A stretch of DNA of 63,809 bases, the filler included, from Octopus bimaculoides (lineage: Eukaryota): assembly GCF_001194135.2 (NCBI RefSeq). It is 6 parts of 5 records of this genome, joined end to end, with 100 filler letters (N's around TTAATTAATTAA, not from the genome) between each part and the next. Parts side by side here need not be neighbours in the genome. Positions count along the whole stretch, not along the records: positions 39,870 to 60,254 come from NC_069000.1; positions 60,355 to 62,672 come from NW_026375416.1; positions 62,773 to 63,809 come from NW_026329669.1; 3 more parts are not named here. One strand, given 5' to 3'. The translations under genes and the position numbers were made by a program. The number at the start of each line of letters is the position of its first letter. Position 1 is the first letter of the stretch. Below are positions 49,866-62,995 of this stretch, piece after piece. The notes under the pieces are model-generated. The model did no database searches, was not told the origin of the DNA, and was given only the letters and a program-made list of their open reading frames with translations.

Positions 49866-52490
49866 ATGGATAAACAATTCCTTGGCATTTCTCTTAAGGA
49901 CACACCTATTCCTTCACAAAAGACTTTCCTCTTACTCCTCCTTACCAAAACTAAGGACCTCATCCAAAGAATAAAATAGAAGGCTTTCTTCCATGACAAT
50001 CAAAAATGCAGAAATGACAATAATACCAACAGCTACAACCTCAAATCATATAAGAACCCTCCACACAACCCCCGTCTTGAAAAATTTGAAGCAAATATTA
50101 ATTTAATTAGAAACATTAAATTCTCCAAATACAAATCCCCCTTTCAAAAAAAGCTCTCAAACACCATAAAACGGATCATTGCAGCCCCAAAATTACATGT
50201 CTTCTCAGATAAAACAGGAAATATGTACCCCATTACCATTGAGGAATACAATAAATTCATAAAGAAAGAACTCAACAAATCCTACAAGCTGGCACCAACA
50301 TCTGCCCTAAATGAAATCACACCAACCACTGCAAACTTATGAGGAAATTACAAGTGGATGACTGAACCAAACCATACTGCCCTACACCTCCACACTTTAA
50401 CCTCAAGGATCACAAGAAGGACTTTATTACCAAACCTTCAATATGCCTAATATGCCCCACCAAATCTGACCCAAGGAAGGGTAAGCAAAAACATTTTAGA
50501 CAAAATAATACCAATCGCCAAGGACAAATTAAATGTTAACCTATGGTCCCACACTGGTGAAGTTATTACATGGTTCCACCTTCTAAAATTCAAAAACTCA
50601 TATTCCTTCCTACAATTTGACATAAATAATTACTACTCTTCTATTTTTCTTAAACTTCTTAATCAAGCTCTTCTTCTAGCTAGGAACCTTACTAACCTAA
50701 CCCCACTAGAAATTAACATAATACTTAATGCCCACAAAACCCTTATTTTTTTTAAAAACAAACTCTAGTGCCAGGCCAATCACCATAGCAACCTATTCGA
50801 CATAACCATGGGATCATCTGATTTAGCTCAGGTCACTGACTTAGTTGGACTATATATATATACTTCAACAGCTCCATATACATTTCCCTAACATCAAGGG
50901 AGGCCTATACAGGGATGACGCTTTACTAGTTACCAAAATCATAAATAAATCCTCCTTAGAAAGAACTAGAAAGGATCTACATAAATTCTTCTCTAACCTA
51001 AACCTATCTATCACATTCGAAAATGCTCACAAAACTGCTAACTTTCTTCACGCAACTCTAAAACTTATCAACCTCCCAATACTCTCCTTACCACAAACCT
51101 TACCAATATCTTAAATACCTTAACAACTACTCCAATCACCACAAATCCACTTTTGATAACATAATCATGGGCATCTCAACTTGCATATCCGACCTCTCTT
51201 CCACTGAGGAAATTTTCAATAATCACGCACTATATTACAATCAAGCACTTGCCACTAGCGGCTTTTCCCAACAAATAGAATACATCCATAACACCAGGCT
51301 CAAACAATATATATCTCAAATCCCATCTCAAACACTCATCAACCATCACAATCACAACCAACCACACACACTCGTCGATGGAACCCTGGAAGGTATTACA
51401 CCTAGGCAACCTAGGCCCAACACACATTCATTTAACACTAGGTCAAAAACTAAAACAACTAAAACAGCTAACAACAGGCCTCACCACCCATATACATTCT
51501 CCAAAAATATAGATAGCACCCCTTTATCTAAAAACTTAGATAGCACTACTCCCAGACACCCTATAAAAAGCGGCAGATGCTCTATTCTGTGGTACACACC
51601 CCCATTCTCAAGTAACGTTAAGAACTTAGCTAAATCCTTCTTTAAAATACTAAACTCTAACTTCCCTTGGCAACATAAATATCACTCTATCTTTAATAGA
51701 TTCACCCTGACACTATCTTATTCTACCCCACCCAACTTCGAATCTATTGTAGCAGCCTCTAATAAGCAAAAGCTTTCTCTTTACTATCAAAACTCATATA
51801 ATTACAACTCCAGTCATATGAACACTCAACACACGCACAGCTCCAGCACAGATACCCTTATATCAGACCACAACCACAACCCAACCCATACTGCTGACAC
51901 TGCCCGGAACACCACCACTATCTCTACTACTCTTACAAATAGTACAATTGATAACAACAATAGTAATGATAACAATGATGGTAATGATAACGGTAATAAT
52001 ACTAATAATCTAGAATTTTCTACCCCCTTCTCTAACCTCTCCTCTGACAATATTACCTCCTCCATTCCTGAACACATTCCCCAAAATTCACCTAATTGTA
52101 ACTGCCGTCCTAGAACCATCTGCCCGTTACAAACCCATTGCAGAAGATATAATGTAATTTACAAATGCACTGTCCTTAATCTATTACACAACACCACAGC
52201 CATATACATAGGATCAACCAAATATTTTAAGCAACGATATGATGCTCACCTCCATTCTTTTAGATGCGATAAACATAGTAAATCTACAATACTCACCAAC
52301 CACATACATCATCTCAAAAATACAAATGTATCCTATCATGGTCCATACTGGATTCAGGGCTTCCCTACTGAGGTCAATGCCCAACCTGCAAGTTTTGCCT
52401 AAAGGAGGCACTTCACATATTAAAGTACAACTCTCCAGCACTGCTAAATAAATAATGAGGCACTAAGCACATGCAACCACCGCTTTTTTT
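49866..52490 (+). mobile_element. Near-full-length Penelope-like element (RT + GIY-YIG), inactivated by stops and frameshifts
   Basis: N-terminal SLKDTPIPS..RIK*KAFF; MGSSDLAQVTDLVGLY; GGLYRDD; WYTPPFS; CNCR..CPLQTHC..VIYKC..IYIGSTK.FKQRY..H. Confidence 0.95.
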
Positions 52491-53049
52491 ACACATTCAA
52501 ATTCTACTACAAATCCAAATGCCTAAACGACCATACAGTATATTTCCACAATACCCCTTAGGTAATCCCAATAACCTTATAAATCTACATTTTAACTCCT
52601 AATCCCTATCTAATTCCTCTCTCATACTCGAATATCACAACCATTTAATTATATTCATGTATATATGCCTGCATACATATATGTGTGTGTGTGTGTATGT
52701 GTGTATATGTGTATGTATGTATGCAAGGTATATATACCTGCATGTGCAGGGACGATAATACATACGGATACACATATGTATGGGTGTACATATGAGTACA
52801 TGTTGTATGTGTAGATGTTGATAAGTATAAATATCTGTATAAATATCTATATACATGTTTAATATATGCATTTGTATACATCTTCACATATATATTTTCT
52901 TCTACTACTAAGCACTGACCTGTCCAACCAACCTAACCTATACTCCCAAATTCTTCATTCCACCATTTTACTACCCCTATCCCCCTCTCTCTGCCCCATC
53001 GCTTAGGCTCTATTACTACATACCTGACACTCCTTTACTCTTTACACTA

Positions 53050-55900
53050 TTATACCTCTCTCCCGGACAGCAGAGCTGTTGTAGAGCTTGGCAACACTCA
53101 CGGTGCCAATCGCCCAGTTTCGGTCTCTTTCTGATCCATGTTTGCAGTTCAATGAGACGAGCTGCGGGAAGGCACACCTCACAAACGGTGCCCACACCTG
53201 TTCACCATCGTCAATGAAGTTCCAGAGATGCCGCAGTCTCAGCACATGTCTGTGCATCATTAACCACGGCATCCCTAGTCCTCCATGTAACGGTTGTTGA
53301 CAGCAAATGGATCGCCTCACCATCGAAACGCTACCCTTCCACAGAAAGCAGAAGAGTATGCGTTATAGTTTCGTGATGGTGGCATCGGGACAAGGTACGA
53401 CGGTCAGGCGGTAATTGATGACTGATGCTATATACGCATTAGCCACCTCTGCCCAACCTTTTAGAGATAACTTTCTCTCGATCCATGTTTGGCTGAGTTT
53501 GATCACTCTACTGGTGATCTCGTCCCAGTTCTTATCCATTTGGAGGTCCAGACTGAACCAGACCCCGAGCAGTTTAACCGGTCCATCTGTCCAGCACCCC
53601 ACTACAGAGTCACTATTGGACGGTATGGGCTTGCTTCTCCAGGTGCTGAGTAGCAAACCCACTGACTTTTCCGGGTTAATTTTTGCTCCTGTCACCGTTT
53701 CATATTCTTTAAGTGTCTCGCCTAGCACCTCGATGTGCTTTTCGCTCGACACTATGATGGTGACATCATCCGCATATGCCGACACGCTCGTCCTGCAACC
53801 CAGCTCTCGTGGGATACCNNNNNNNNNNNNNNNNNNNNNNNNNNNNNNNNNNNNNNNNNNNNNNNNNNNNNNNNNNNNNNNNNNNNNNNNNNNNNNNNNN
53901 NNNNNNNNNNNNNNNNNNNNNNNNNNNNNNNNNNNNNNNNNNNNNNNNNNNNNNNNNNNNNNNNNNNNNNNNNNNNNNNNNNNNNNNNNNNNNNNNNNNN
54001 NNNNNNNNNNNNNNNNNNNNNNNNNNNNNNNNNNNNNNNNNNNNNNNNNNNNNNNNNNNNNNNNNNNNNNNNNNNNNNNNNNNNNNNNNNNNNNNNNNNN
54101 NNNNNNNNNNNNNNNNNNNNNNNNNNNNNNNNNNNNNNNNNNNNNNNNNNNNNNNNNNNNNNNNNNNNNNNNNNNNNNNNNNNNNNNNNNNNNNNNNNNN
54201 NNNNNNNNNNNNNNNNNNNNNNNNNNNNNNNNNNNNNNNNNNNNNNNNNNNNNNNNNNNNNNNNNNNNNNNNNNNNNNNNNNNNNNNNNNNNNNNNNNNN
54301 NNNNNNNNNNNNNNNNNNNNNNNNNNNNNNNNNNNNNNNNNNNNNNNNNNNNNNNNNNNNNNNNNNNNNNNNNCTGATAGTTATGATTTCTATGTTCTGT
54401 GACTTGATGTCATTTAGAAGATAACCTTGCTTCCAAGCTGACGCCAAGCCACGTACATTTACACAACCTAATTTAAGCATAATTTTGTCGAAAAACGTAA
54501 AGAGACGAGAGAGAAGGTTACTTACTCATTTAGAAAGTTCTACATTGCTCCTCCTTTGAAGTGTCTTGGAGGAGGTCTTTAAATAATTTTTTAGAGAGGA
54601 ATTTTTGGAATCCCCCTACCGCATTTGGATAGAGGGATTTGAGTGTGTGGTGCTGTGTTGTTGTCAAGTGTATTATTTTAATATGTTCTGGTGGTGTTGT
54701 TCGTGGATGATTGTTAGTTTTGAAGTCATCTTCACATATGCTTGTGTGAGATGCAATATAATTCATTAGTTTTGTGTCTTTTGTGTTTATGGCCGAGGGC
54801 ATTGTATGCGTTTTTGTTGTGTTGGTGTTGGTTTGGTTGTGTAAGGGACTTTCAGGAGTTGTGTACCTCCCTGCTTTGCTTGTGTTTGGTTTTTTGTCTT
54901 GTTTTTTTAAAATCTTTTTCTCTTACCCCCTGTGGCTATTTGCCAGTCTACTGGACTTTCATCGTTGGACGAAAAGTCCGACAGATCAGAAGGGGGTAAG
55001 GGCAAGGCATCAGGTTCTATGTGTGTACTTTTAGACGTTGTTGTGTTGTGTGGTGTGTGTGTTGTTGGGGAATTAGGGTTAGTATTTGTTTTTTCTTCGT
55101 TGGTGTTTGTTTTCTTGGTTGTTGTTCTTGGTACTGGCGTTGGTCTATCTTTTGATGTTGGTGGTGGTGTTGTATCCCTAGTTGGTTTCGGTGTTGGAGG
55201 TAATTGTGATGGTGTTGTTTCTCTTCTTGGTGCTGATGGTGATGTCGTTTGGTTTTGTTTGTTGGTACGTTGTTCTTGACGAGATTCTATTTTTTTATAA
55301 ACTTCTTGGATCAATTGTGGGTTTGGTGGTGTTGGTAGCAAAGGTTGTCTTCTATTTGTTTGGTGTTTTGGTTGTAACTGTTCTCCTTGTTGTTGTTTCT
55401 CTTTTTGCGCCAATTTCTTTTTTTTTTTGTTTTAGCATGTCTGCAAATTTTGTTGAACTTTTCTTTGTAGTGTTGTTGTCGTTGTGGGTGTTGGTTGTTG
55501 TTGCAGTAAAATTGGTGTCAATGGTGGCATTGCCTAAGGTAGTTGGCTTCATGACCATACTGCTCTTTTTGTTGTTGTTGTTGCTGGTGTTGGTGGTAGC
55601 AGTGGTAGTCTTGGTGGTGGTGGTGGTGACAGGGCTGTTAACGGTTGTGGTTGCAGCATCCATGACGTTGACAGCGTTCACTTTAAAGTCTGTAATACTT
55701 GTTGATTCATTTGTTTTTTCCATGACTGTTGTTGATTTGGTGTGTGTGCGCGTGCATGAGTTATTTTTTTGTTCTCCTAGCGTTTCAAGCCTAGGAAAAT
55801 GCTGGTCCATGAACGAATTTGACCAGCGTTTTACAACAACATTTCTCGACATTTTTCGATGTCGGGAAGAAAATATATAGATTTAAATGAGGTTGAAACT
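53050..55900 (-). mobile_element. L1/Tx1-like LINE: low-complexity ORF1 region, ORF2 APE start, gap, RT end
   Basis: MLKLGCVNVRGL (APE start, 54480); SAYADDVT, AKINPEKS, KLLGVWF (RT); FLWKG..GGLGMP downstream. Confidence 0.9.
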
Positions 55901-56229
55901 AACCCTAGGGGCCAATTCCTACCTTGGAAACACAATAAAACGAAAGTTGGGTGCTTCACACATCTTATGGACAAAAATGATAACAAAATGTGCACAATAA
56001 ATTGTCAAGAATAAGGTTTACCTTCAGAGCCGATGTGTCAACATGTCTGTAGATAAATGATGGATGGATGGACGGACGGACAGACAGACAGATAGATTCA
56101 AATATGAATTAAGAGCAGCACGAGTGTTGTAAGCATTATCAAACACACTCATTGTATGTGCCCAGCTTGTTCACCAGTAGACCACAGTATGGTGTGGTGA
56201 AGAGGACTCCATTAAAGCACCAGACTTTG

Positions 56230-56960
56230 AGAAGGATAATGCTGTGTCATTTGAAGAATTGGCAAGCAAGCTCAATTAAAACCATTCAACTATTCACTGC
56301 CATCTTCAACAGCTTGAGAAAGCTGCCCAAACTCAGAAAATGGGTTCCCTATGATTTCACTGAAGCCAACTGAAAATTGTAAGGGGACATCTGCTCATCT
56401 CTTTACTCACATGAATGTATCTCAACATTTTTGGACAGATTAATGACTGCTGATGAAAAATGGATTTTTTATGAAAATGTTAAGCAATGAAGGCAATGGC
56501 TTCATTGTGGAAAACAGGCTAAACTACAACCCAAAAAGGATCTTTGTGCAAAAAAAAGATTCTTCTTTCTATTTGATGGGGTTGCATTGGAATCATCCAC
56601 TTTGAGCTACTACCAACTAATGAAAAAATTATTGCTCACACCTACTGCCAACAATTAGAGTGTTTGTATATTGCTTTGAAGAAAAAAATTCCTGCTTTGG
56701 TGAATCATAAGGGACTGGTGTTTCATCATGATAAAGCAAGGCCCCACACTGCAAAGATTACATCAGAAAAAAATCAAAGAACTTGGCAGGGAAAAAATCC
56801 TTCACCTGCCTTATTCCCTGGACTATGCGCCTTCTAATTACTATTTGTGTCAAAGCTCACAGAATCATTTAGATGGATAGTACTTAAAATCCTTAAAGAG
56901 GTCAAAAATGACCTCTCTTCCTTCATATCAAAATCAAGAGTTTTTCACCAATGAAATTTA
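56230..56960 (+). mobile_element. Mariner transposase remnant
   Basis: KWVPYDF, LMTADEKWI, FHHDKARPH and PYSLDYAPSNY (YSPDLAP-like), with frameshifts. Confidence 0.92.
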
Positions 56961-56983
56961 AAAAAAAAACTGATGAATAAATA

Positions 56984-58180
56984 TGTGGAGATGAGGTTAA
57001 TGGAAGGAAAGGGTCAGTGATGTCAATGGTTGAGGGTCCTTACTGAAAGAAGAAGAGGGAGAACATAGGCGGAAGTAGGGCCAGCATGGTCCTTTCCAGC
57101 TCAGGTAGTTATCATTGGATGGACGCATGTGGATGCATGCATGAAACAGGGCTTTAGCAGTAGGTTCTAGCAATAGGTGTAAGGGGTAGGGTGTGTCTTG
57201 GATTTAATGCAGCTGGACAGGTGACACTGAGAAGTAGGTGAACCATATTTTGTTCCTCACATTACAGTTCCCTCATACTACAAATTATTTTGGCACTCAT
57301 ATATACATATATTTTTCTGTTGTTGTTGTCCCCTTTCACGAGATTGCTGCAAAAAATAAGGATCGGTAGCGATGCCATCAAACCTTCTTGTGGCGAAGGA
57401 GATGTGACTGCCTGGACCCAAAAGATCAAGGTGGTGTCCAGGCTGCAAAACTCTAATGATGTAGCAGGTGTCATGGCTCTGTATCTGGAGGGAAATGAGT
57501 TGGCACTGTACCTCGAGATGGATGAAGCAGAGCAACTGTATGTGGCGAAGATTGAGCAGTACCTAAAAGAAACCTTTATGAAAGGATCATATGCTACGGT
57601 TGACAAGCTGGGAACAGCCAGGTAGACAGGGAAGCAGGTAGACATATATGCAACAGAGGTTCAGAGACTGACTATGCTATCTAGTTTTATCAGAGAGGGA
57701 CTAGAAAAGGTGGCATGATTGGCTTTTGTAAATGATTTCACTGATGACATATAAGTGCAACTGTGACAACTGCCAGGCAGTGAGAAAATGGCAATGAGTG
57801 AGCTCATCACCCGATCCCATGTTTTTGCACAAACACTGAGTGGAATGCAGTGGCAATGGTAGCTGTGGAAGTCCATAACATTACACCACAATCAATAAAG
57901 AACGAGGAGAGAAACACTGCCATGGAGAAGCAGCAACCATTTATGGGCTGGTGTTTCAAGTGCCGGGGATTGCACATGGTAAGGGATTGTGTGGAGATGA
58001 AGCCTGAACCTATTTGCTACCAGTGTAAACAGACAGGGCATACCACTCAAAACTGCAGTTAGGGAAAAAGCCATGGGGAAGTTACTGCCTCTCAAATTTC
58101 CACTTCAAGCAAGTAGAGGCTCTCGTGCAAAGGAAAGGTGTTCAGAACCCTCATGGATACAGGATGTATGATGTCTATTG
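56984..58180 (+). mobile_element. Gypsy-like LTR retrotransposon 5' part: possible LTR (56984-57265), gag, two zinc knuckles, aspartic protease start
   Basis: CFKCRGLHMVRDC and CYQCKQTGHTTQNC knuckles; VFRTLMDTGC protease motif; gag-like IKPSCGEGDVTAWTQKIKVV. The LTR call (TG...CA) is weak. Confidence 0.8.
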
Positions 58181-58579
58181 CAACCCCAAGGGTGACAAAA
58201 AAAAAAAAAAAATGGAAGGGGATGAGTAGCATTTGGGTGGTCAACTGCAGAAAAATTGGATGTAAGGGTAGCCATTTTTTAAAAAGAGTGAAAGAAAAGT
58301 AAATGTTTCATATTGTGAGGCAAAACTGTGATGAGATTAGTACAAGCAGTGAAAGCTAAGATGAAATAATTGTTATTCCGTCATGTATTAACCCTCAACT
58401 CATGCTCAGTTTGATAACAACAGCCTGCACATCGGTGTTAATTTGGGAGCTTTGCCTCCAGATCTGTGAGACCCACAAATGCTGCTGTTAGGACTGGATT
58501 AACACCCATAGTGACCCTAACGACTAAAATGATTTTCCTACCCCTACATAGGATCTTTATTCGTTTTCTTCCAACTAAA

Positions 58580-58750
58580 TGAAGGTTTATCTCGTTCCAG
58601 TTCACTCAGTTGGCCAAAATGAGTTGTAGCTGTAATTCACAGGGGCCAGTCTTGTCATATTCTGTGTGAGGCTGAATCTCCCTGAGAACTACATTAATGA
58701 TATGCATGTCTGTGGAGTACTCAGCCACTTGCGAGTTAATTTTATCCTCG
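58580..58750 (+). mobile_element. Degenerate SINE with D-core and tail 1
   Basis: CTCCCTGAGAACTACATTAA...CTCAGCCACTTGC. Confidence 0.7.
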
Positions 58751-59184
58751 TGAGGTAATGAAAAATGAAACTGACATTCAATATTTGCTGTGTCCATGTA
58801 CTTATGTATCAACTTTTCTCTGGATCTATGTATCTACTGTCTCTCTCTCTTGCTCTTTCACTTCCTCTGTGTCCCTTTTCTCTCCCACTTTTAATTTAAC
58901 TATGTGTGTATGTATCTATGTATCTACTTTTCTTGCAATGTGATAAACATTTAAAAACACAAAACAAATGCCATCACTACTCGCTGTCTCTCTTACTTCC
59001 TCTCTGAAACATTTAAAAACACAAAACAAACACTGTCACCACTCATTGTCTCTTTCACTCTCTCTCTCTCTTTCTCTCTTACTTCCTCTCTCGCTTTGCC
59101 ACTCACTTCTTTGAAGTAAGTGTGACACACACACCAGGTACATACAAAAAGAACAAATTAGCATATTAATATTAGTGATAATGC

Positions 59185-59380
59185 TTTCACAAAGCCAGCA
59201 ATTTGGTGGGTGGGGTATGTCAATTAGACTGACTGCAGGATTTAACTGGTACTTATTTTATCGACCCCGAAAGGATGAAAGGCAAAATCAACCTCAGTGG
59301 AATTTGAAACCAGAACATGAAGATGAACAGGATGCTGCTAAGCATTTTTACCAGCATGGTAATGATTCTACCAGCTCACC
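59185..59380 (-). mobile_element. SINE family B
   Basis: ACTGGTACTTATTTTATCGACCCCGAAAGGATGAAAGGCAAA. Confidence 0.85.
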
Positions 59381-59399
59381 ATCATCAAATAACAATAAC

Positions 59400-59958
59400 A
59401 ATAATGATAATAAATGCCCTAATGCAGTATCAGGCACTGGCTCTCATGACTTCTGATCTTAACTGATTGGAAGTGTTATCATGTACATTGTTTTGTCTTG
59501 GGATAAAAGATGGTCTACAGCAAATATTCTGCTCAATATCACAAATTTGCTTGTCAGCTGTTTGACCTTAACCAGTTGAGCATGTCCCTTGTTGGCTGAT
59601 GATATGTGTATCTTTGATCACAAGTAGAAGTAGTGAGGGAGCATCATAGCCATGTATTAAGAGAAATTCTTTGCGGTTTGAATAATTTCCCTCTGGAAAC
59701 ATGGTTTGTTTCATTCAACATCCTTAAACAACCTTTATTCAGGATGGGCTACTTGACCTGAAGAAAATTCTAGCTGGGCCCCCACCTGCAAGCTCATGCA
59801 CTGTTTATCTTGATATGAGATCACTATGTCATGCACATATGGTTGTGATGCATGTGCCTGGTTTACCCTTATCAAACAGGTTGGTATGATGGATATACTG
59901 GGCTTCATATATTTGTACCCAGCATCACTTTGATGGCATGCACTGCTCTCTCACTCAA
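59400..59958 (-). repeat. Probable interspersed retroposon-like repeat bounded by (AAT)n tracts
   Basis: Non-coding 560-bp block with an (ATT)n-type tail. Single copy in this window; recognised only from recall of Octopus repeats. Confidence 0.4.
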
Positions 59959-59972
59959 TAATAATAATAATG

Positions 59973-60036
<64 letters not shown>

Positions 60037-60254
60037 TGACAAAGAGCTAGAAACACTACTACAGACAATACATGGCTTTACCAAGGAAATAGATATGAAA
60101 TTCGGATTAGAAAAATGTGCCAAAGCAACCCTGAAAAGAGGAAAATTAGTTAAAAGTAGCAATATAACACTAGATAAAGCCAATGAAATAAGAGAACTAG
60201 ACGAAAGCCAACCATACAAATATTTAGGAGTCAATGAACTAGATAGGATACAAC
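59959..60254 (+). mobile_element. (TAA)n array followed by a 5'-truncated Dong/R4-like LINE RT fragment
   Basis: ELETLLQTIHGFTKEIDMKFGLEKCAKATLKRGK...YKYLGV begins right after about 70 bp of (AAT)n. Confidence 0.8.
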
Positions 60255-60354
60255 NNNNNNNNNNNNNNNNNNNNNNNNNNNNNNNNNNNNNNNNNNNNTT
60301 AATTAATTAANNNNNNNNNNNNNNNNNNNNNNNNNNNNNNNNNNNNNNNNNNNN
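60255..60354. other. Artificial scaffold-concatenation spacer 4
   Basis: 44 N + TTAATTAATTAA (60299-60310) + 44 N. Confidence 0.95.
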
Positions 60355-62672
60355 ACGAAGGAACGAATGTACGTACGCACGAACGAACGAACGAGCGTAG
60401 GAACGTACGTACGTAGTTCGAAGGAACGAACGAATGAGCAAATGAACTCTAGAAAGAACGTAAAATCGATCGAACGAACGAATGTACGTACGAACGAACG
60501 AATAAACGAACGAAAGCATCTACATACGTCCGCACGTACGAACGAAGGAACGAACGGGCGAATGAACGTACATACGAATGTACGAACGAACGAAAGTACG
60601 TACGTACGTACAAAAGAACGAACGAACGAACGAAATGAAGGAACAAGCGAACGTACGAACGAACGCAAGAACGAACGTAGGAACGTACGTCCTTACGAAC
60701 GAAATAACGAACGAACTTGCGTACATACGTACGAACGAATGTCCGAACGAAAGAACAACCGAACGAACGTACGTACGAAGGAAAGAACGAACGTACGTAC
60801 GAATGGAAGAATCCACAAACGAACAAAAGAAGGAACGAACGAAAGAAAAAACGAAGGTACGTAATTACTTACGAACGAACGAACGAACGCACGAAAGAAC
60901 GATCGAAAGAACGAACAAAGGAACGAACGAACGAATGAACGAACTNNNNNNNNNNNNNNNNNNNNNNNNNNNNNNNNNNNNNNNNNNNNNNNNNNNNNNN
61001 NNNNNNNNNNNNNNNNNNNNNNNNNNNNNNNNNNNNNNNNNNNNNNNNNNNNNNNNNNNNNNNNNNNNNNNNNNNNNNNNNNNNNNNNNNNNNNNNNNNN
61101 NNNNNNNNNNNNNNNNNNNNNNNNNNNNNNNNNNNNNNNNNNNNNNNNNNNNNNNNNNNNNNNNNNNNNNNNNNNNNNNNNNNNNNNNNNNNNNNNNNNN
61201 NNNNNNNNNNNNNNNNNNNNNNNNNNNNNNNNNNNNNNNNNNNNNNNNNNNNNNNNNNNNNNNNNNNNNNNNNNNGAAAGAACGATCGAAAGAACGAACA
61301 AAGGAACGAACGAACGAATGAACGAACTTATGTACGTACGTAAGTACGAGCGTACGTAGGTTCGAAGGAATGAAAGAACAAACGAACAAATGAACTAAAG
61401 AAAGAACGTACATTCGTACGTACGAATGCACGAAAGAACGAACGAACGATCGAACGAACTTACGTACGTACGCACGTTTATACGAATGTACGTACGCACG
61501 AACGAACGAACGAGCGTAGGAACGTACGTAGGTTCGAAGGAACGAACGAACGAATGAGCAAATGAACTAAAGAACGAACGTAAGTACGTACGTACAAACG
61601 CACGAAAGAACGAACGATCTAGGGTACGTACGCACGGACAAAAGAACGAACGTATATAGGTACGTAGATAAGTATTTACGAACGAATGAATGAACGAAAG
61701 AACGATCATACGTACGAACGTATCTCAGTACGTACGTATGAAAGAACGAGAAATCGATCGAACGTACGTATGTACGTACGAACGAACGAATAAACGAACG
61801 AAAGCATCTACATATGTCCGCACGTACGAACGAAGGAACGATCGGGCGAATGAACATACGTACGAATGTACGAACGAACGGAAGTACGTACGTACGTACA
61901 AAAGAACGAACGAACGAACGAACGAACGAAATGAAGGAACGAGCGAACGTACGAACGAACGCAAGAACGAACGTAGGAACGTACGTCCTTACGAACAAAA
62001 TAACGAATGAACTTGCGTACATACGTACAAACGAACGCCCGAACGAAGGAACGAAGGAAAGAAAAAACGAAGCTACGTAAGAACTTACGAACGAACGAAC
62101 TAACGTACGTACATACGTACGTATATACGAACGAACATACGTCCGTATATAAGCACGTACGCACGAACGAACGCACGAGCGAACGATCGAAAGAACGAAC
62201 GTAGGAACGTACGAAGAAACGAACGTAGGAACGTACGAAGAAACGAACGTAGGAACGTACGTACGTAGGTTTGAAGGAAGGAAGGAACGAACAAATGAAC
62301 TACAGAAAGAACGTAGATACGTACGTACGAATGCATGAAAGAACGAACGAACGATGGAACGAACGTACGGACGTACGCACGTACAAACGAACGAACGTAT
62401 ATACGTACGTACGTAAGTGTTTACGAACGAATGAACGAACGAAAGAACGAACGTACGTACATATGTACGTACGAACGACAGAACGAAAGTACGAACGAAC
62501 GAATGATCGAACGAACAAACGTACGTACGTACTTACCTACGAAATAAAGAACGAACATACGTTCGTACGTACACACGTATGTACGTACGTATGTACGAAC
62601 GTACGACCGAACGAACGTACGAACAAATGAACTTACGTACGTACGCACTTAAGTACGAATGAACGAATGCAA
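60355..62672. repeat. CpG-rich (GAAC)/(GTAC) tetramer-derived complex satellite with higher-order repeats
   Basis: 4-nt register throughout; 60463-60755 recurs at about 61752-62050, and 60362-60445 at about 61482-61568. Confidence 0.95.
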
Positions 62673-62772
62673 NNNNNNNNNNNNNNNNNNNNNNNNNNNN
62701 NNNNNNNNNNNNNNNNTTAATTAATTAANNNNNNNNNNNNNNNNNNNNNNNNNNNNNNNNNNNNNNNNNNNN
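62673..62772. other. Artificial scaffold-concatenation spacer 5
   Basis: 44 N + TTAATTAATTAA (62717-62728) + 44 N. Confidence 0.95.
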
Positions 62773-62995
62773 TGGAACGCCGTTCTTACACACGCGCTCA
62801 ACATAAAAATATAGAGAGTAAGGGTAAAAAGAGGGAGAGGGAGAGAGAGAGAAAGTGATACATACATAGTCATAGATTAAACTTTCATCTCAGTATTCTT
62901 TACCTATTTTTCATAACAAACACAACCACACATACTTAATCTGTGACAACAACATACACATTGCTCTCGTTCTCTATTCATTTCTCCCCCTCTTC

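Noticed and set aside
8118-54480. Long ORFs dominated by X (e.g. 8118-9113, 14146-15042, 18519-19661, 27433-27972, 53415-54377)
   Set aside because: They are open only because they run through N gaps.
55182-55880. 232-aa hydrophobic plus-strand ORF (V/L-rich) as a membrane protein
   Set aside because: It is the antisense shadow of the A/C-rich Tx1 ORF1 region.
60303-62648. R/T/N/E- or F/V/R/S-rich ORFs, and a possible CRISPR-like reading of the array
   Set aside because: Translations of a tetramer satellite. There are no constant repeats with unique spacers and no cas genes.
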